Source: the human T2T-CHM13v2.0 reference genome, Homo sapiens. Taken from it: a stretch of DNA of 64,000 bases. Within the stretch, counting starts at the first letter, position 1; every line of letters begins with the position of its first letter. The translations under genes and the position numbers were made by a program. Below the pieces are notes generated by a model. The model did not search any database. It saw nothing but the letters and a program-made list of their open reading frames with translations, and was not told where the DNA came from. Location: the NCBI RefSeq assembly GCF_009914755.1, contig NC_060930.1. The stretch is one strand, 5' to 3'. Below, in pieces: positions 29,413 through 45,444 of this stretch.

Positions 29413-29588
29413 CTTCCTGCCAGTTCCTTATCCAAGTACTTGGCAGCTAGTCTCGCCCCATATACTTCAGCCTGGAGAACAGCTATATGTCTACGAAGGG
29501 CTTCATTCTCTTTTCTCAACAATTTCACTTCAGCTTCAAGTTGTGCTTCTTTCATTTTTTCTTTTTTGTTTGCCTCAAGCTCTCTTTC
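29413..29588 (-). CDS. GOPC: GOPC exon 4 (second coiled coil, [10 protein letters not shown]...DKELAG)
   Basis: Acceptor catAG, donor AG|GTGTGT; 176 nt, phase 0-2. Confidence 0.96.
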
Positions 29589-31687
29589 CTATGTAATTTT
29601 TAAAAGCATATAATTTAATGAAAATAAAAACTCTTTAGCACTAGACCATGTTCCTGAAAATGCACAAAAGCCTACAGTTCAACAATGTATCATCTCTATA
29701 AAATGGAACACAAAGATCTGGATGTAGTTCTTTTGAACTAGTACCATAACATCTTGGAACTACTTCTAGATAAAATAATTGCACGCCATGGGTTACCCTG
29801 ATATGGAGTATAGTAAGAAAAGTAGTCTACTCTAAGCTCATGTTATCACATATTAGTAAAAGTGGCTTCAATGGATAGTTGAATCTGCTATTTACTTCTA
29901 AAACCCTTTTGAGAGTTAAATAAGGACCCCAATAGACATTTTAACTGTTATTTATAGATCAAAAAAACCACGTAAACACTGAAAACTTGCATTTATCCTG
30001 AGCAGAACTGCTTTTACAGAATCCACAAATCCTATGAAAACATGGTTACATTTGTTCACAATATGTGGAAGACATTATTCCCTATACCCCCTTTGTCCCT
30101 TTTGTGAGGACGTAAATAAAAACCTACCTTAGCACCAGAGAAATTGTTTCTCTTGAGGAAATGATGAATAGTATTGTTTCTATTGTATGGGCACTGATTA
30201 TTTTACATAATTATTTCCCTTTTTATTCTGGATATTGAGAAGCTAAGAAACAAATTTAAGCAAATTTTCAGCAATTCATGGAATATATTTTGGTACTAAT
30301 TTAATGTGCCTCCTTTGGTCTACTGTTTTGAACAACATCAAAATAGATATATTTGAATACTAGTCAATAAATACGATAATCCTAAAAAAAATATATTTAC
30401 ATATACACACACACATACAAGCTAAAATTAATGACAACTACTAAATGCTAGATATATTTATCACTTCTTTGATTAAAAATATTTGTTATATATATGACAA
30501 ACAGATGAAAGATTAGCAGACTCAATTTCTGGGAAAAAAAAGATTAGAACGTAATTTCTAGATACTGGTTTTAAAGGATTCGAAAAACTCAATCTAGAAT
30601 CCTCCTTTTAACATAATTTTGGAATTATTAAACTCTTATTTCAGAACCTATGTCCTAAAAGGGCAAGTATCTGTTTCAAAAGAAACCAGTTTGGAGATAC
30701 AAACAAAAATCTTTCTTATGACATGTTAAAGTTGATGCAACTTTTGAAAGAGCACTCCTAGACCAAGATTTCTTTGGCTTATGGGCTAAATAAACTTTAT
30801 GTTGATGATTACCTACTTTCAATTACTTTAATGAGCTATTTATACTACATTAATGAAATGTGGGAGACATACTAAGCTACCACTCACTGGGGTTTTAATG
30901 ATTCAAATCCCTAATGAATCTGACAAACTCTTGGGCCCGAAATTAACAGAGGTAAGCAAGAATAAGATGAAGGAAACTGAAGTTAACCATTTCTAGATTT
31001 CCAGAAAAAAATTTTCTTGGTTCTTAGTTAACCTGTTTGTTACTAGGTAACACCCAAGATGTTCATTTTACATTTAGATACCAAAGATTATATCTTCAAA
31101 AGAGGTAAAGCCATAAGACAAATTGGAACTTGATTAGGTTGGGGTAATGAGAAAAATATTAAAAATGTATTGTTATTTTCTAAAATAACTTCTGCTAAAG
31201 CATTTCAAAATTCAATTGTTTCAAAGGCCATACGATTATTCTCAAGACTCTTGAAAAGTTGTAACACATGCAGTAGATGAAGAAGAAGCCAACATGCACA
31301 TTCTTTTCTGGAAATAATTTCAAACAGAAACTTAAGGGGGTTAAAAACTAAGCCTGCTTGATATATCTTCAATACCCTGAAGTGGGAAAACCAATTGCTC
31401 TTTGAAGTAGAGGTATGAGCAAGCTACAAGGCTCAAAAATTGTCAAAAATTGACAGGCTCTGCAAATAATGGCTATAAATCACTAACAAAAGAAAAATGT
31501 TTAACAACATGCAGTGAGAAAAGAGCAATGGGCCATCCACTGAACTTTTCAGGTACTGGAACATTAAAAAATTGCCATTATTAATGCTATTTTCAAATAC
31601 AATGAGTGACAACATATAATATGCAAATAAAACACTAAGAACACTTCAGCGTGACATATTAAAGCAAAACAGAAACAATATACTTAC

Positions 31688-31711
31688 CAGCTCCTCCACA
31701 GAGGGGCCAGA
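31688..31711 (-). CDS. GOPC: GOPC exon 3, 24-nt microexon (SGPSVEEL)
   Basis: tatctgaAG|TCTGGCCCCTCTGTGGAGGAGCTG|GTAAGT; frame-preserving; inclusion gives 462 aa, skipping 454 aa. Confidence 0.92.
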
Positions 31712-32379
31712 CTTCAGATATAAGAAAAAAGTTTTATAATTAGAAAAAGATCAAACAAATGATTTTATTTAGTGGTATAGTCATTATAAGGAAAAATCCC
31801 ACATGTTGGATATCATTTGGGTAAAGTTCATTAGAACAAATATATTTGCAATCTATAAACAATAGTAACTGTAATAGCATTAGATTAAAACTTTTTGTTT
31901 TATCAAAATTAGTCAACATAACTGGTACAGTGTTCTTTTCATCATACTCTTTCAAATTCTAATGTTAAAACTTCAGGTAAATTCTTTTCTAGAGAAAATT
32001 TAGATTGTTTCTGAATGTTAATGTCAAATAGCTCGAAGAAGCAGTTATGAGCTTTTATTTCAGTTAAATAAAACCCTTCTAACACAGATTCACAGAGTTA
32101 GAAAACTTAAGAGTTTAACTTAAAATTATTTTCATGAATTTTAACACATCAGTACTAGGAACTAATTAACCAAATGAAATTAACTGAAAACAAATAAAAC
32201 TTATAAATGTATTACTCTCATTATATCATCAACATCATTTCATGTCCTGCCTCTGCCAAGCAATAGCTGTCTTATTTATTGCTGTGTCCCATATAGGAAC
32301 AAAATATCTGCTATCTCTTACACACTCAAAACATATGTGGTACACAGTGGCAGGAAAAATGCTTACAATATATTAAGAG

Positions 32380-32851
32380 CAAAAGAAAAGAATGTGCTAC
32401 TGGTTGGTACCCAATTCCATTTCTTACTTCTTCCTTATTAACAGACTCCAGTTTTACTGGAAGTGGCCATATGGCCAATAGGAGACTGACATGCAGCTGG
32501 GGATGGTCAATGAAATGCTGGCAAAAATTACTGAGAAAGATTTAATAATAAGTTCTTTAAAGAAGGCTAACATCATGGAGAAGCATCTTTTTGCCCTTTC
32601 CTTAGATTAATCCTTCTTCCTGCCTGAAATGCAGACATGAAGAAATCCTGAGGATGGAAACCATAAGCTAAAAATGGCAGAGCACAGTGATGGAAGGAAT
32701 CTGGATCTCTAATATTTGTGGAGCTGCCGTATCAACTCTAGACTGCCGGTCTCAGATTTCATTTCAGAGAAAAATAAGTACTGTTCAAGAATAATCCCAA
32801 TGTTACTTGGGATTTCTGTTATATGCAACTGAATTTAATCCAACTGATACA
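32380..32851 (+). mobile_element. Old MaLR LTR (MLT1-like)
   Basis: 3' end 'ttctgttatatgcaactgaa...aactgataca'. Confidence 0.55.
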
Positions 32852-33139
32852 GTAGGGCAAAAAAAAATCTTATATGTTATAATCACAAATATCTTTTAAA
32901 CATATTTATACATATATTTTAAATAGGAAAAATTCTATCAGTTGATTGTTGATATCACTGATTATCTATAGGTGATGAGATTGTAGATTATCATAATGAT
33001 CATAAACTTTATATTTCTTATATTTTCTAAATTTCCCACAATAAGCACATATATTTTATAATTTAAAAGTCTCATTCAAAATTGTCCTGTACACCCTGTA
33101 AAATACATGCAAGGGCATGTCACTCTCTAAACTACTTAC

Positions 33140-33304
33140 CAATTTTGCCTTAATGGTACCAGAGTCAGCACTTTGACCAGTTTTAGCATGAAGCTGCAGC
33201 TGAATAGAGTGCAGCTGTAAAAGCTGATCATGTACTTCTTTCTCCAAAACAACTTTCTCTGCTTGGGTTTCTGTCAGTTCAGATTTCAGATCCACCAACT
33301 GTGC
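33140..33304 (-). CDS. GOPC: GOPC exon 2 (coiled coil, [10 protein letters not shown]...TIKAKL)
   Basis: Acceptor tataAG, donor TTG|GTAAGT; 165 nt, phase 0-0. Confidence 0.96.
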
Positions 33305-36300
33305 CTTATAAAGAAAACAATAGAAGAAATTAAGGATGCTTAATTTTCTTTCTTTTGACTAATAATTGTTATTCAAGAATGACAACAGAGAGACTACCTT
33401 TGAAATAAATACACAAACATTAGAATAATATTATCCAAGATACAAGACATCCATCTAAACTGACAGAAAATCAATAGTATAAGTCAGATATTTCGGTAGC
33501 AAGAGAAATCCACTATAAGCTGTATCTTCTAATAACACAGAATGCTACTTCCATTTTACTTTGCTTACTTTAAGAAACCTTTTTACTGTTTCACCTTTAT
33601 CTTCAAAGCTTATGAAAACACAAAACTATGAGGTGGTTCACCATGTGGTAGAGACAATGTGTGCTGTGGTGGATCACTAACATTAACAGTATTAGAGAAG
33701 ATGTCAGTAAGTGAGTTGTGTTCTGTCTTCAATCCAACGAATACTAGCCCAAATCATCCCAATCATTATCTAGTAAAGTTATTTTAGGTGCTAAGGTATC
33801 AACTTCTGAGACTATGGTAAGCCTAAAGATCAGAGTTAACTGTAAGTCTTCAGCTTTAGCATAGCAGAGCAACTCATCAGGACCACTTACCAATTCAGTC
33901 TGAAGTTTTCATTTTTGTACAATTGATACATTGTTTTACAATTGTGCACAGGATGTGTCCCTTGTGTTTTTGGTTTTCCCAGCTAGCCAGTAGATTAAAG
34001 ATCAAGACATGCCTTTGTTTCCTATTCAACTCAACATAATTTTGCTAAGCATCTAAGGGCCCAGAACTATGCCAGCACAATGAGAAAAAAAATTGTAGAT
34101 AATATTTTTAAAAATCATAGATCACAATTTATGCCCTTGACAAGCTTTCATATCAACTGGGTTGATAAATACACATGTGGACCAACTAAAATAATGTGGC
34201 AAGTTATATACAGAGAGAGAACTGACCCAGTCCCAAGGAATTCAAACTAAAGGAAGGCTTAAAGAAGGGAAGTAAGAAAAAGATTCATACTGAAAGTGAG
34301 TTTAGAAGGGCTTTGAAGGAAAACAACAACATGGACAAAATAGAAGCAGTAATGAAATACAGACATGGGAAGACTAGCAAAGGCAAAGTGGCAGAGAGAC
34401 TAAAAGCCTCTCTGAGCATAGATAGGGATCAGATAATTGGGATATGTCTCTATATCCCAACTGCACCAACCAGTGCCTAGTGCATAAAAGATGCTCAAAT
34501 TTAAGTATCTGTAAAGTTGAAATAAATTCTAATACTAGCCCTGTGATTCTCAATAAAACATTCTGTCTCAAGTTCCCTCAGTTTAAAACAGTGATAATAT
34601 CCATGGCTTTGACTATTCTCATAAGATTATTAATCTTATATACAAAAGAACTTATTAGACTAGGAAAATGTTATTATCGAGGAGACTAAACTACCTCAAG
34701 GGATGGTATACTGACAGACTGGATATGACCCGATAGGAGAAATGAAGCTGAATACAATGAATGGCTTTGGATGATAAACTAAAACTGATATTCAATCTAA
34801 CAGGAAATCATTCTATGCCCTAAGTGACATTTTTTGTTTTTATTTTTAATAACACCTTTATTGAGATATAATTCAATATCATAAAATTCACTCTTTTAAA
34901 GTAAATAATATAGTGGTTTTTAGTATATTCATGAAGTTGTACAACCATAGTTACTACATAATTTTGAAGCATTTTCTCTCAATGGCATTTTAGCAACACT
35001 ATTAAGGAAATGAAGACAAGGACACAGTAGCAACGTCCTATTTGTAGCTTATCAAATGACATGTTATCATGGTAACTTTGTAAATGAAAATAAAGGATTT
35101 TACAATGCTGAAAAGAAATCGTTAGCAATACTTAGTTACAGTGTATCTAGTACAGTGGATGTGCAATGGAAGATTAGGTCAAGAATAATGCAAGTATTTC
35201 CAGTTTTGAGAATAATGAAGCCATTGATGGAAACAGTAAGATTAGGATGACAGCTTATATAGACATGAGAGAAAGAAAAAGATAAATTTAAGTTTTAGGC
35301 ATGCTGATTTTGTGTCAACCATGATATAATCAACAGGAAATATTCCACAGAATGTAGGAAATAAAGAAAATAAATAAGTGAAAAGGTAGGATCTGGATTA
35401 ACACTAGGAGCACAGAGATGTGAATTCATATCCTATGAGTTACAGGGAGAACAGAGTATCAAGGTCTGGGATGGCCCAAGAGGTAGAAGAAAAGAAGTAG
35501 CATGCTATAAATTAACCAAGATGTGGCATAATATAAATAGTGGGCTGCCTCTTGCTTTTTTACTTCCTGGAGATCACTCCCTATTAATAAAACTTCTTCA
35601 TTCCTTTTTTTTAAATAACTTTTTAATTCATATATAAACATATCAGGGAAGTACACAAGTAACACATTACAAAAAATACCTATTTAACTATCACTCAGAT
35701 CTTGAAAAAAAAAAAGGGCAGTGCTAGCACCCCAGGATCCTTCTTTTGACCCGCTCCAATCACTACCTCCACCTTCATCCACAAAGGTAACCATCAGAGT
35801 ATACACTGACTTCTAACACCATAAATAGTTTTGCCTATTTTTGAATGTTTGAGTATGCTTATAAGATTTGTTCATAGCTTGTTTTGCATAGCTGCACTTC
35901 ATTTTCAGCAATATTGTATTCACTAAATAAATATATAACATTACTATTTTTCATTCATTCTACTTTCCCTCAACTTAATTCTACTTCTCATTCTATTTCA
36001 TTCTACTTTGGATGGGCATTTGTGTTGTTTTGAATTTCTGACTATTAAAATGATGTTGCTATGAATCTATCTTTTGATACATATTGCATATATTTCTCTT
36101 GAGTATATATCTAGGAGGGAAGCTTCTGGGTTACAGAGTATGTACGTTAGACTTCAGGAGAAAAGGTCACTTTTCCAAGTGATTGTAGCAACTGACATAC
36201 CCACCATGTATAAGAACTTTGAGAGCATCATATCCTTGCCTTCACTTGGCATTGTCAGTATTTTTCATTTTAGCAATTCTGGTAGGGATGCAGTGGTATA

Positions 36301-36461
36301 TTGTTGTGGTTTTAATTAAAATTTCCTCATTGCTAATAAGGTTTAACTGCCTTTTCATATGTTTATTGACCATTTGAATACCCTCTTTTGTGAAGTACCT
36401 GTGTTAGTCTCTTGCCTATTTTTCTAGAGAGTTGTCCATATTTTTCTTGGTGGTTTGTAAG

Positions 36462-36509
36462 TTCTCTCTCTCTCTCTCACTCTCTCCCTCCCTCCCTCTG
36501 CCTCCCCCC

Positions 36510-36552
<43 letters not shown>
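36462..36552. repeat. (CT)n / C-rich tract plus (CA)~20 microsatellite
   Basis: Direct reading; uninterrupted CA run at 36512-36552. Confidence 0.95.
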
Positions 36553-36553
<1 letters not shown>

Positions 36554-36556
<3 letters not shown>

Positions 36557-37557
36557 TAGAGGCAGGAGGCAGAGAAATTCTAGGCAGATGGGGGTGTGTC
36601 CTCGGCAAAACCCCATCTTCAAGCCTAAAAGCTGAAGCCCAAAGTGAGAACTTCCATCCCTGTGTGCCCACTCTCTCCCGACTGGTTCTTTCTGAAAAAG
36701 GTCTTTTTACCAATCAAATGTTGTTTTTTCTAAAACTACCTATGGCCTGCCCTGCCCCCCATCCTGTGCCAGTAAAGACCCCAGACTCAGCCAGTAGAGA
36801 GGAGAAGCAGCTGGACTTCGGGCACAGGCATCATGACTTCAGAGATGGTAGCTGGACATCGGAGAGAGGCAACTTGACTTCAGGGGAGAGTGACATGCCC
36901 TTCCCATCCCCTTTCCAGCTCCCCTCTCTGCTGAGAGCCACTTTCATCACTCAATAAAATTCTCTGCATTCACCATCCTTCAATTCATGGATGAAGGATG
37001 GTCAATGCAGAGAATTTTATTGAGTGAATGAAAGTGGCTCTCAGCATGAATTCACATTACCTCATTCTTCGTGGGCACCAGACAAGAATTCGGGACCCAC
37101 CAAGTGCAGGTACCCAAAAAGGCTATCACACTGGCCCTCTGCCCTTACTGGTGGAGGGCAGCTGCCCCCAAAAAGGCAAAAGGTGCAGTGAGCTGATAAT
37201 ACACTTCTGTCCAGCAGAGCTAAGAGAACCTTGTAACATGCCCTCTGGAGCCTTGGGATCGCAGGCACCCAGACCTGGATGCTGCCACAGGGCCTGCATG
37301 GAGTTTGCTCCTGCAGGTACTAAAGCAGCTGGCCAGTTCCTACACCTGCTTGCCTACACACTCCCTCCCATGAGGGGTGGAGTGCAGCAGACCCAAGTGA
37401 ACCAAGTTTGCTCCTGCCAGTGCCAAAGCAGCCAGCCAGTTCTCATACTCGTTTGCTCGTGTGCTCCCACCTGCCAGGAGTTGAGCAGGGTGGGCTGAGT
37501 AAACAGGGCACCCCTGTCGTGAGTACCATGAAGGTGTCAAGAAAATATCCTGCATCA
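36554..37557 (+). mobile_element. Solo ERV1 LTR, ~1 kb (LTR28/LTR1-like)
   Basis: TGATAGAGGCAGGAGGCAGAG...tcctgcatCA termini, CCAAT and GC-box-like elements, AATAAA 36953-36958, flanks acat/atat. Confidence 0.8.
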
Positions 37558-38359
37558 ATATGAACTCCTTTATTGGGTGTGAGTTACAAATACCTTCTCC
37601 CATCCTGTGGCTTCTTTTCACTTTATAAATGTGTATTTCAATGAACAGAGTGCTTAATTTTAATGCAGCTCATTACGTTAATAGTTTCCTCCCCAACACT
37701 AAATGCTTTTTTGGCATGAGTTCTACCTTATCTGGTATCAAGTTTGCAACTCCTGTCTCATTTTGTTTGCAATTTACTCAGTATAATTTTGTCTGATCTT
37801 TTGTTTTTAGCCTTTCATCCTATTTGTCATGTTATATTTGTATATAACATAATACACATGTAAAGTCGTCATCGCTCTCTTTGGTGGCTTTAAAAATGTA
37901 CCTTTTTTTAATCTTCTGGAAGCTCTGTATCTTTGCTCTAATGATTACTGTGACATTATATCCTAATTTCCTCTTTTGACTGTATTTTAAGGTATTATCT
38001 TTAAGGTATTATCCCTTCTATGAGAACTCATGAAATTAGCTAGTTGACATCTCACTTCCCTCACTCTTCTCAAACATTTAACAAAGTGTTATCCTTCTAT
38101 TCCCAGCTAATAACTATGAGTGATCATCAAGCTTATTTCACATTTTCAGAATACTCTTCTCCCATTTTGAGAATTGAAAACAAAATCTATATTGCAGCAC
38201 ATATAGCATTCAATATTATTCCATCATCTTTAACTCCAATAGTCTTTGTTCTGCTATTAAATATATTCTATTCTCAGTACCAGACCTTTAATCAAAGCTA
38301 CTCCAATGATTTCAGCTCATTCCCAGGAATAGATTTATCAGAAAGGTTTCTTTGGATTA

Positions 38360-39405
38360 GTGGGAAAACAACCACAACCTCAAAGTGTTTTTCCTATTCT
38401 CTCATTCCACAATAATCATCACAGAAACTTCTGTGACCAAATGTGGGGGATTTCACCCCACCAACAAACAAGCAATCAATTTTGCAGCAGACATCAGTTG
38501 GGTGTCCTCCAATTCAATTTTGACACTATCTACCTGGAGATACTGTCAGATCCCACAGATTGAGGGCTCTGTCCTACAAGACTGCCCCATTCTTTTCAGA
38601 CACTAGTTGCAAGTCTATGCTTCCAGAACTTCTGACTGAATGGCTTCAAGTTGGGGTTCCCACATTTCCCTTTTTAGGTTCAATTAGTTTGCTGCAGCAG
38701 CTCACAGAACTCATGGAAGCACATTTACCATTTTATTATGAAGGATGTTACAAAGGATACTGATAAAGAGATGCACAGAATAAGGACTGGGGTAAGGGAC
38801 ACAGAGCCTCCATGCCTTCCCTGGGGGCACCAGCCTCCATGAACTTCCATGTGTTCATCTATCCAGAAGCTCTCTTAACCCTGTCCTTTTAGGTTTTTAT
38901 GGAGGCTTCACTACACAGGTGATATAGTTTGGATGCCCGTCCCCTCCAAATCTCATGTTGAAATGTGATTCCCAATGTTAGAGATGGGGCCTGGTGAGAA
39001 GTGACTGGATGGATCATGGGGCAAATTCCTCATGAATGGTTTAGCACCATCCCCTTGGTGGTAACTGAATTCTCACTCAGTTCATACGAGATCTGGTTGT
39101 TGGAAAGTCTGTGACCTCCCCCACCTTACTCTTGCTTCTTTACTTGCATGTGATCCATCTGCTCCTGCCTTCGCCTTCCACTATGACTGTAGGCTCACTG
39201 AGGACCTCACCAGAAGATGCTGGCATCATGCTGCCTGTACAGCCTGCAGAACTGTGAGTCAACTAAAATTTTTATAAATTATCCCCATTTGATATTTCTT
39301 TATAGTGACACAAAAACAAATTAACATAAGAGGCATAACTGGTTTAAATACTGGCTACTGGTGATCAACTTAATTCTAAGCCTCCTTCACTCTCTGGAGG
39401 TCAGG
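38360..39405. mobile_element. MER21-like LTR with nested MST (MaLR) LTR at ~38920-39328
   Basis: MER21-type 'ttctgtgaccaaatgtggggg...cagatcccacagattgagggctc'; MST start tgatatagtttggatg; flanks acagg/agagg. Confidence 0.75.
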
Positions 39406-39982
39406 CACCAAAATCAAAGTAATTTTTTTATTCACAGTTTCCTATTAATCCACTTGCCTAAACTTTAATCCTCTACCTGTATTATTTTCTAAGAATACAC
39501 AACAACTACACAATTTTCATTTTAAATATAAGCAGGTTTTTATTTTTTTAACTGTCTTATGGATAAATACTCCAATTATTTTACCTTAAGCACCCCTCAA
39601 AAGCCTCATGTTTTGAAGGAGGAGCAAACTAAGCCAAGAAATTTGTGAACATCAAGTTGCACAGCATGAAAATTGGATGCAGCTCAATCATTACTTTTAG
39701 CATGCCATAGAGCTCTTTTGATAAAGTTTTAGAAGGTCCAAGCTAACAACCTAAAACATCTTTATTTTACACATGAAGAAACTGAGACCTAAGAGATTAT
39801 GTGAGATGCCCCAAATTACAAATTGCATGGTATTAAAACTCAGACCTCCTCCTGACATCCTTTGTAATTCTGGCAATAATAGAAAAAATGGGGAAGATGT
39901 AGTCCATGAGCTCCAAATGACAGCATATTCCCCAAATATCAGAACTAGACAAAGCTTTAACTAAACAGCAGATTCTGAACCC

Positions 39983-40128
39983 CATACACACACCCCATAC
40001 CCATACACATGCACAAAGACAGGCACTGGTACTTGTGAGCATACACAGGTATGAATACACAGACACACCTGTAGGCATGCAAACAGGAACAGATGCAGGT
40101 ACAGATATGCAAGCAAACAAAGCACACA
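39983..40128. repeat. Degenerate (CAYA)n low-complexity tract
   Basis: Direct reading. Confidence 0.65.
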
Positions 40129-40596
40129 TTCCCCAAGTTGTTTAGGAATTATGAAGAAAATAGTTGACTCCACATGGCAATTTAACTATAATGAACTATA
40201 GCACAAAAAGCTGCTGATAAAGGTGTAAATATTATGTCACATCTACCTATAATTGCTTCTACACCTTTTGTTTTAAAGTTTGTGTACAAAAAGTAATCAC
40301 TTCACCTTTTAAATATCTGTATTCTCTTTATGTTTTAAAATGTTAATTTAGGATGAAAGTACAGATTGGAATTTAAATCTCTAGCAATTATACCATTTAG
40401 TGTCAATATCCCAAATTTATCATAGACATCCATCTACTTTTCAAAAGGCTTTAAACCTCATATAGTCAAAAAAACAAAAATGTAAAAAATAAAAATCATA
40501 TAGAGATGGCAGGATAACACTATAAAAAATACTAATGTATTAGTTATTGAGTACTATATTAAATTTAATATAGTAAATTGAGCTTCCAATTAATAA

Positions 40597-40993
<397 letters not shown>

Positions 40994-41875
40994 ACAGAGA
41001 TTCTTACATAAAAGATCCTAAGCTACCTGACAGACAACAGAGGCAGAACCATTCTTCATAAGACCTTTTCTCTTGTGACAAAAGTCAAGAAGAAAATGTA
41101 ACTAATGAAAGCCATTTTGATCCATTCCTTTTCTTGTACACCTTCAAAATATCATTTAACTCATTCACTTTATTATAAAAAATCTCCCTCTATTTTTTCT
41201 TTCTTCTATGTGCCTGAGGTGGTCAAAATCACAGAAATCTAATGAGTCTTACTCTAAAACACAAGACTATGACCAAACAGAAAATATATTCAAAGGTCAA
41301 ATTGAAAATCTCTGCCATCCCTCAAGATAGGAAATAATACTCCTCCTTACTTCAGGTCAGCTCTTGAAGCAGTTATCTGGTCTATGAAAGTTCTGTGAGA
41401 AAGCTGTATCTGTTCACTCTATTTTTTTTCCATCCAACCATAATGACCACTAAGTTCATCTGCCATTAGTTCTCCCCCAAAAAATAACATTCTACAGTCT
41501 AGACAAGCAAATGTAATCCTCATAATATACTCTGAGAGACGCACTTTTTATCCAGATATGACAACTGAAGTACATAGAGGTTAGGTAACTTCACCATGGT
41601 CATTAAAAAGCCAGTAAACCAGGCATACATAACTACTAGAGAAGCTAAGGCAGGAGGATCACTTGAGCCCAGAGTTTGAGGCCAGTCTGGGCAACACAGC
41701 AAAACCCCCATTTCTTAAAAAAACCAACCCCCCAAACAGTAATAAATAAATAAATAAATTTATATATATATATAAAACTACAAATTGTAATGAGCTGTAT
41801 GAAAGAAACTAAGAGAATTAGCAGAGTGGAAGTGTATGGCTATTCTTCTGGGAAGAGTTTTGATTATTACTAAAG

Positions 41876-43142
<1,267 letters not shown>

Positions 43143-43188
43143 ACTTAGACCTTCTGAAAAAAGGCTCATGTGGCTCCACCATATAGAG

Positions 43189-43419
43189 TAGGGGTAGGCA
43201 ATCTTTTGGCTTCCCTGGGCCACACTGGGAGAATTGTCTTGGGCCACGCACAAAATACACTAACACTAATGATAGCTGTGAGCTAAAATTAAAAAGAAAA
43301 AACAAATCACGCAAAAAAATCTCATAATGTTTTAAGAAAGTGTACGAATTTGTGTTGGGCTGCATCCAAAGCTGTTCTGGGCCACATGCAGCCCACAGGC
43401 TGCGGGTTAGACAAGCTTG
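43189..43419 (+). mobile_element. MER30 hAT MITE
   Basis: 'aatcttttggcttccctgggccacact...ttagacaagcttg'. Confidence 0.85.
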
Positions 43420-43554
43420 AGATAGAGTAAGAGGAAAGAATGGTAAGATACATCATAGGAGGGATACCCAAATGTCAGATCATGCAGAGCCTGTCTGCCA
43501 AAATTAAGAGCTTGAATTTTATTCAAAAAGCAATTGATGAATTTATGTTTTCTT

Positions 43555-43860
<306 letters not shown>

Positions 43861-44530
43861 CTAATGTTTTTTTTTTAAAAGGCAGCTATGTGTAATATGA
43901 GAGACAACATGAATGAACTGAGTTGGGGGATGTGAAATGGAAACCAGTTGATAAATCTGACAAGTAATTTGCCGTAAACCTCAAATGAAGATCCAATCAA
44001 TAAAAAATGTTTCCATTTTAATTTCAAAGCACTCAGTTGCTCCATGATCAAACTGGAGATGGGGTGGGGAGGAGAATCAACCTACTCAATATTTTAGGAA
44101 TATCACAAGTACTAAATCCATACTCAATATTCTTATTTCATGATGTTTAAAGTTATTTTCAATCAGTTTCAATTTTTTCCCAAAATAAGATACCATGAAA
44201 TATTAACTCACAAATTATATGCTTGTGAATTACATACCAGAGGAATAAATGAACCTGAAGATCAGTCTTTCAGCAATGGAGCAGGCACTGTATACATGAA
44301 TATAGAGTCAACAAGACAGATACCATCCTAGCTCTCATGAAGCTTATATTACAGAATGATTGTGGGTAATCTTTGAAGATTTATAGCAGAACACCAGATG
44401 CGTTTCAAAAAATTCATTCATTCAAATAAACATTGAGTACTCACTGTGTACCACAATCTGGGGACAAAAAGATGAATAAGACATGGATTCTAGAAGTTTT
44501 CTATTAGGAAAAGATAAGAATGTATTTCCA

Positions 44531-44834
44531 GGCTGGGCATGGTGGCTCACAACTTAATCCCAGCACTTTGGGAGCCCAAGGCGGGTGGATTGCTTGAGCT
44601 TAGGAGATCGAGACCAGCCTGGGCAACATAGTGAGACCCTGTCTCTACAAAAATTACCAAGAATTAGCTGGGCGTGGTGGTATATGGCTGTAGTCCCAGC
44701 TACTCAGGAGGCTGAGGTCAGAGGATCACTTGAGCCCGGGAGGTCGAGGCTGCAGTAAGCCATGATCGTGTCACTACACTCCAGCCTGGGCAACAGAGTG
44801 GGACCCTGTCTCAAAAAAAAAAAAAAAAAAAAAA
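44531..44834 (+). mobile_element. AluJb-like SINE
   Basis: Full dimer with A tail. Confidence 0.92.
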
Positions 44835-45049
44835 GATAAAAAGATTACATTTCCAATTGTGATGCAACGTGTGGTAAGCACTATTTGAAAGACGTGTGAT
44901 GTACCAATTCAAAAAGAGGTAAGGGGAGGTAGTCAGAAAGAAGTTCTCTGAGCTTTGAATGGAGATCTGCTAATACAGGGAGTGGAAAGGGAAAGGTGAG
45001 ATATGAAAACACCTGACAGGTGAAACAGGGAATAACTAGATCAAAATGA

Positions 45050-45444
<395 letters not shown>

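Larger units (their letters stand above)
35640..37900 (-). mobile_element. Old L1M 3' fragment interrupted by a microsatellite and an LTR
   Basis: L1M-like sequence on both sides (35640-36460 and 37558-37900). Confidence 0.6.

Noticed and set aside
36412-37498. 181-aa and 156-aa ORFs
   Set aside because: Translations of a microsatellite and LTR sequence.
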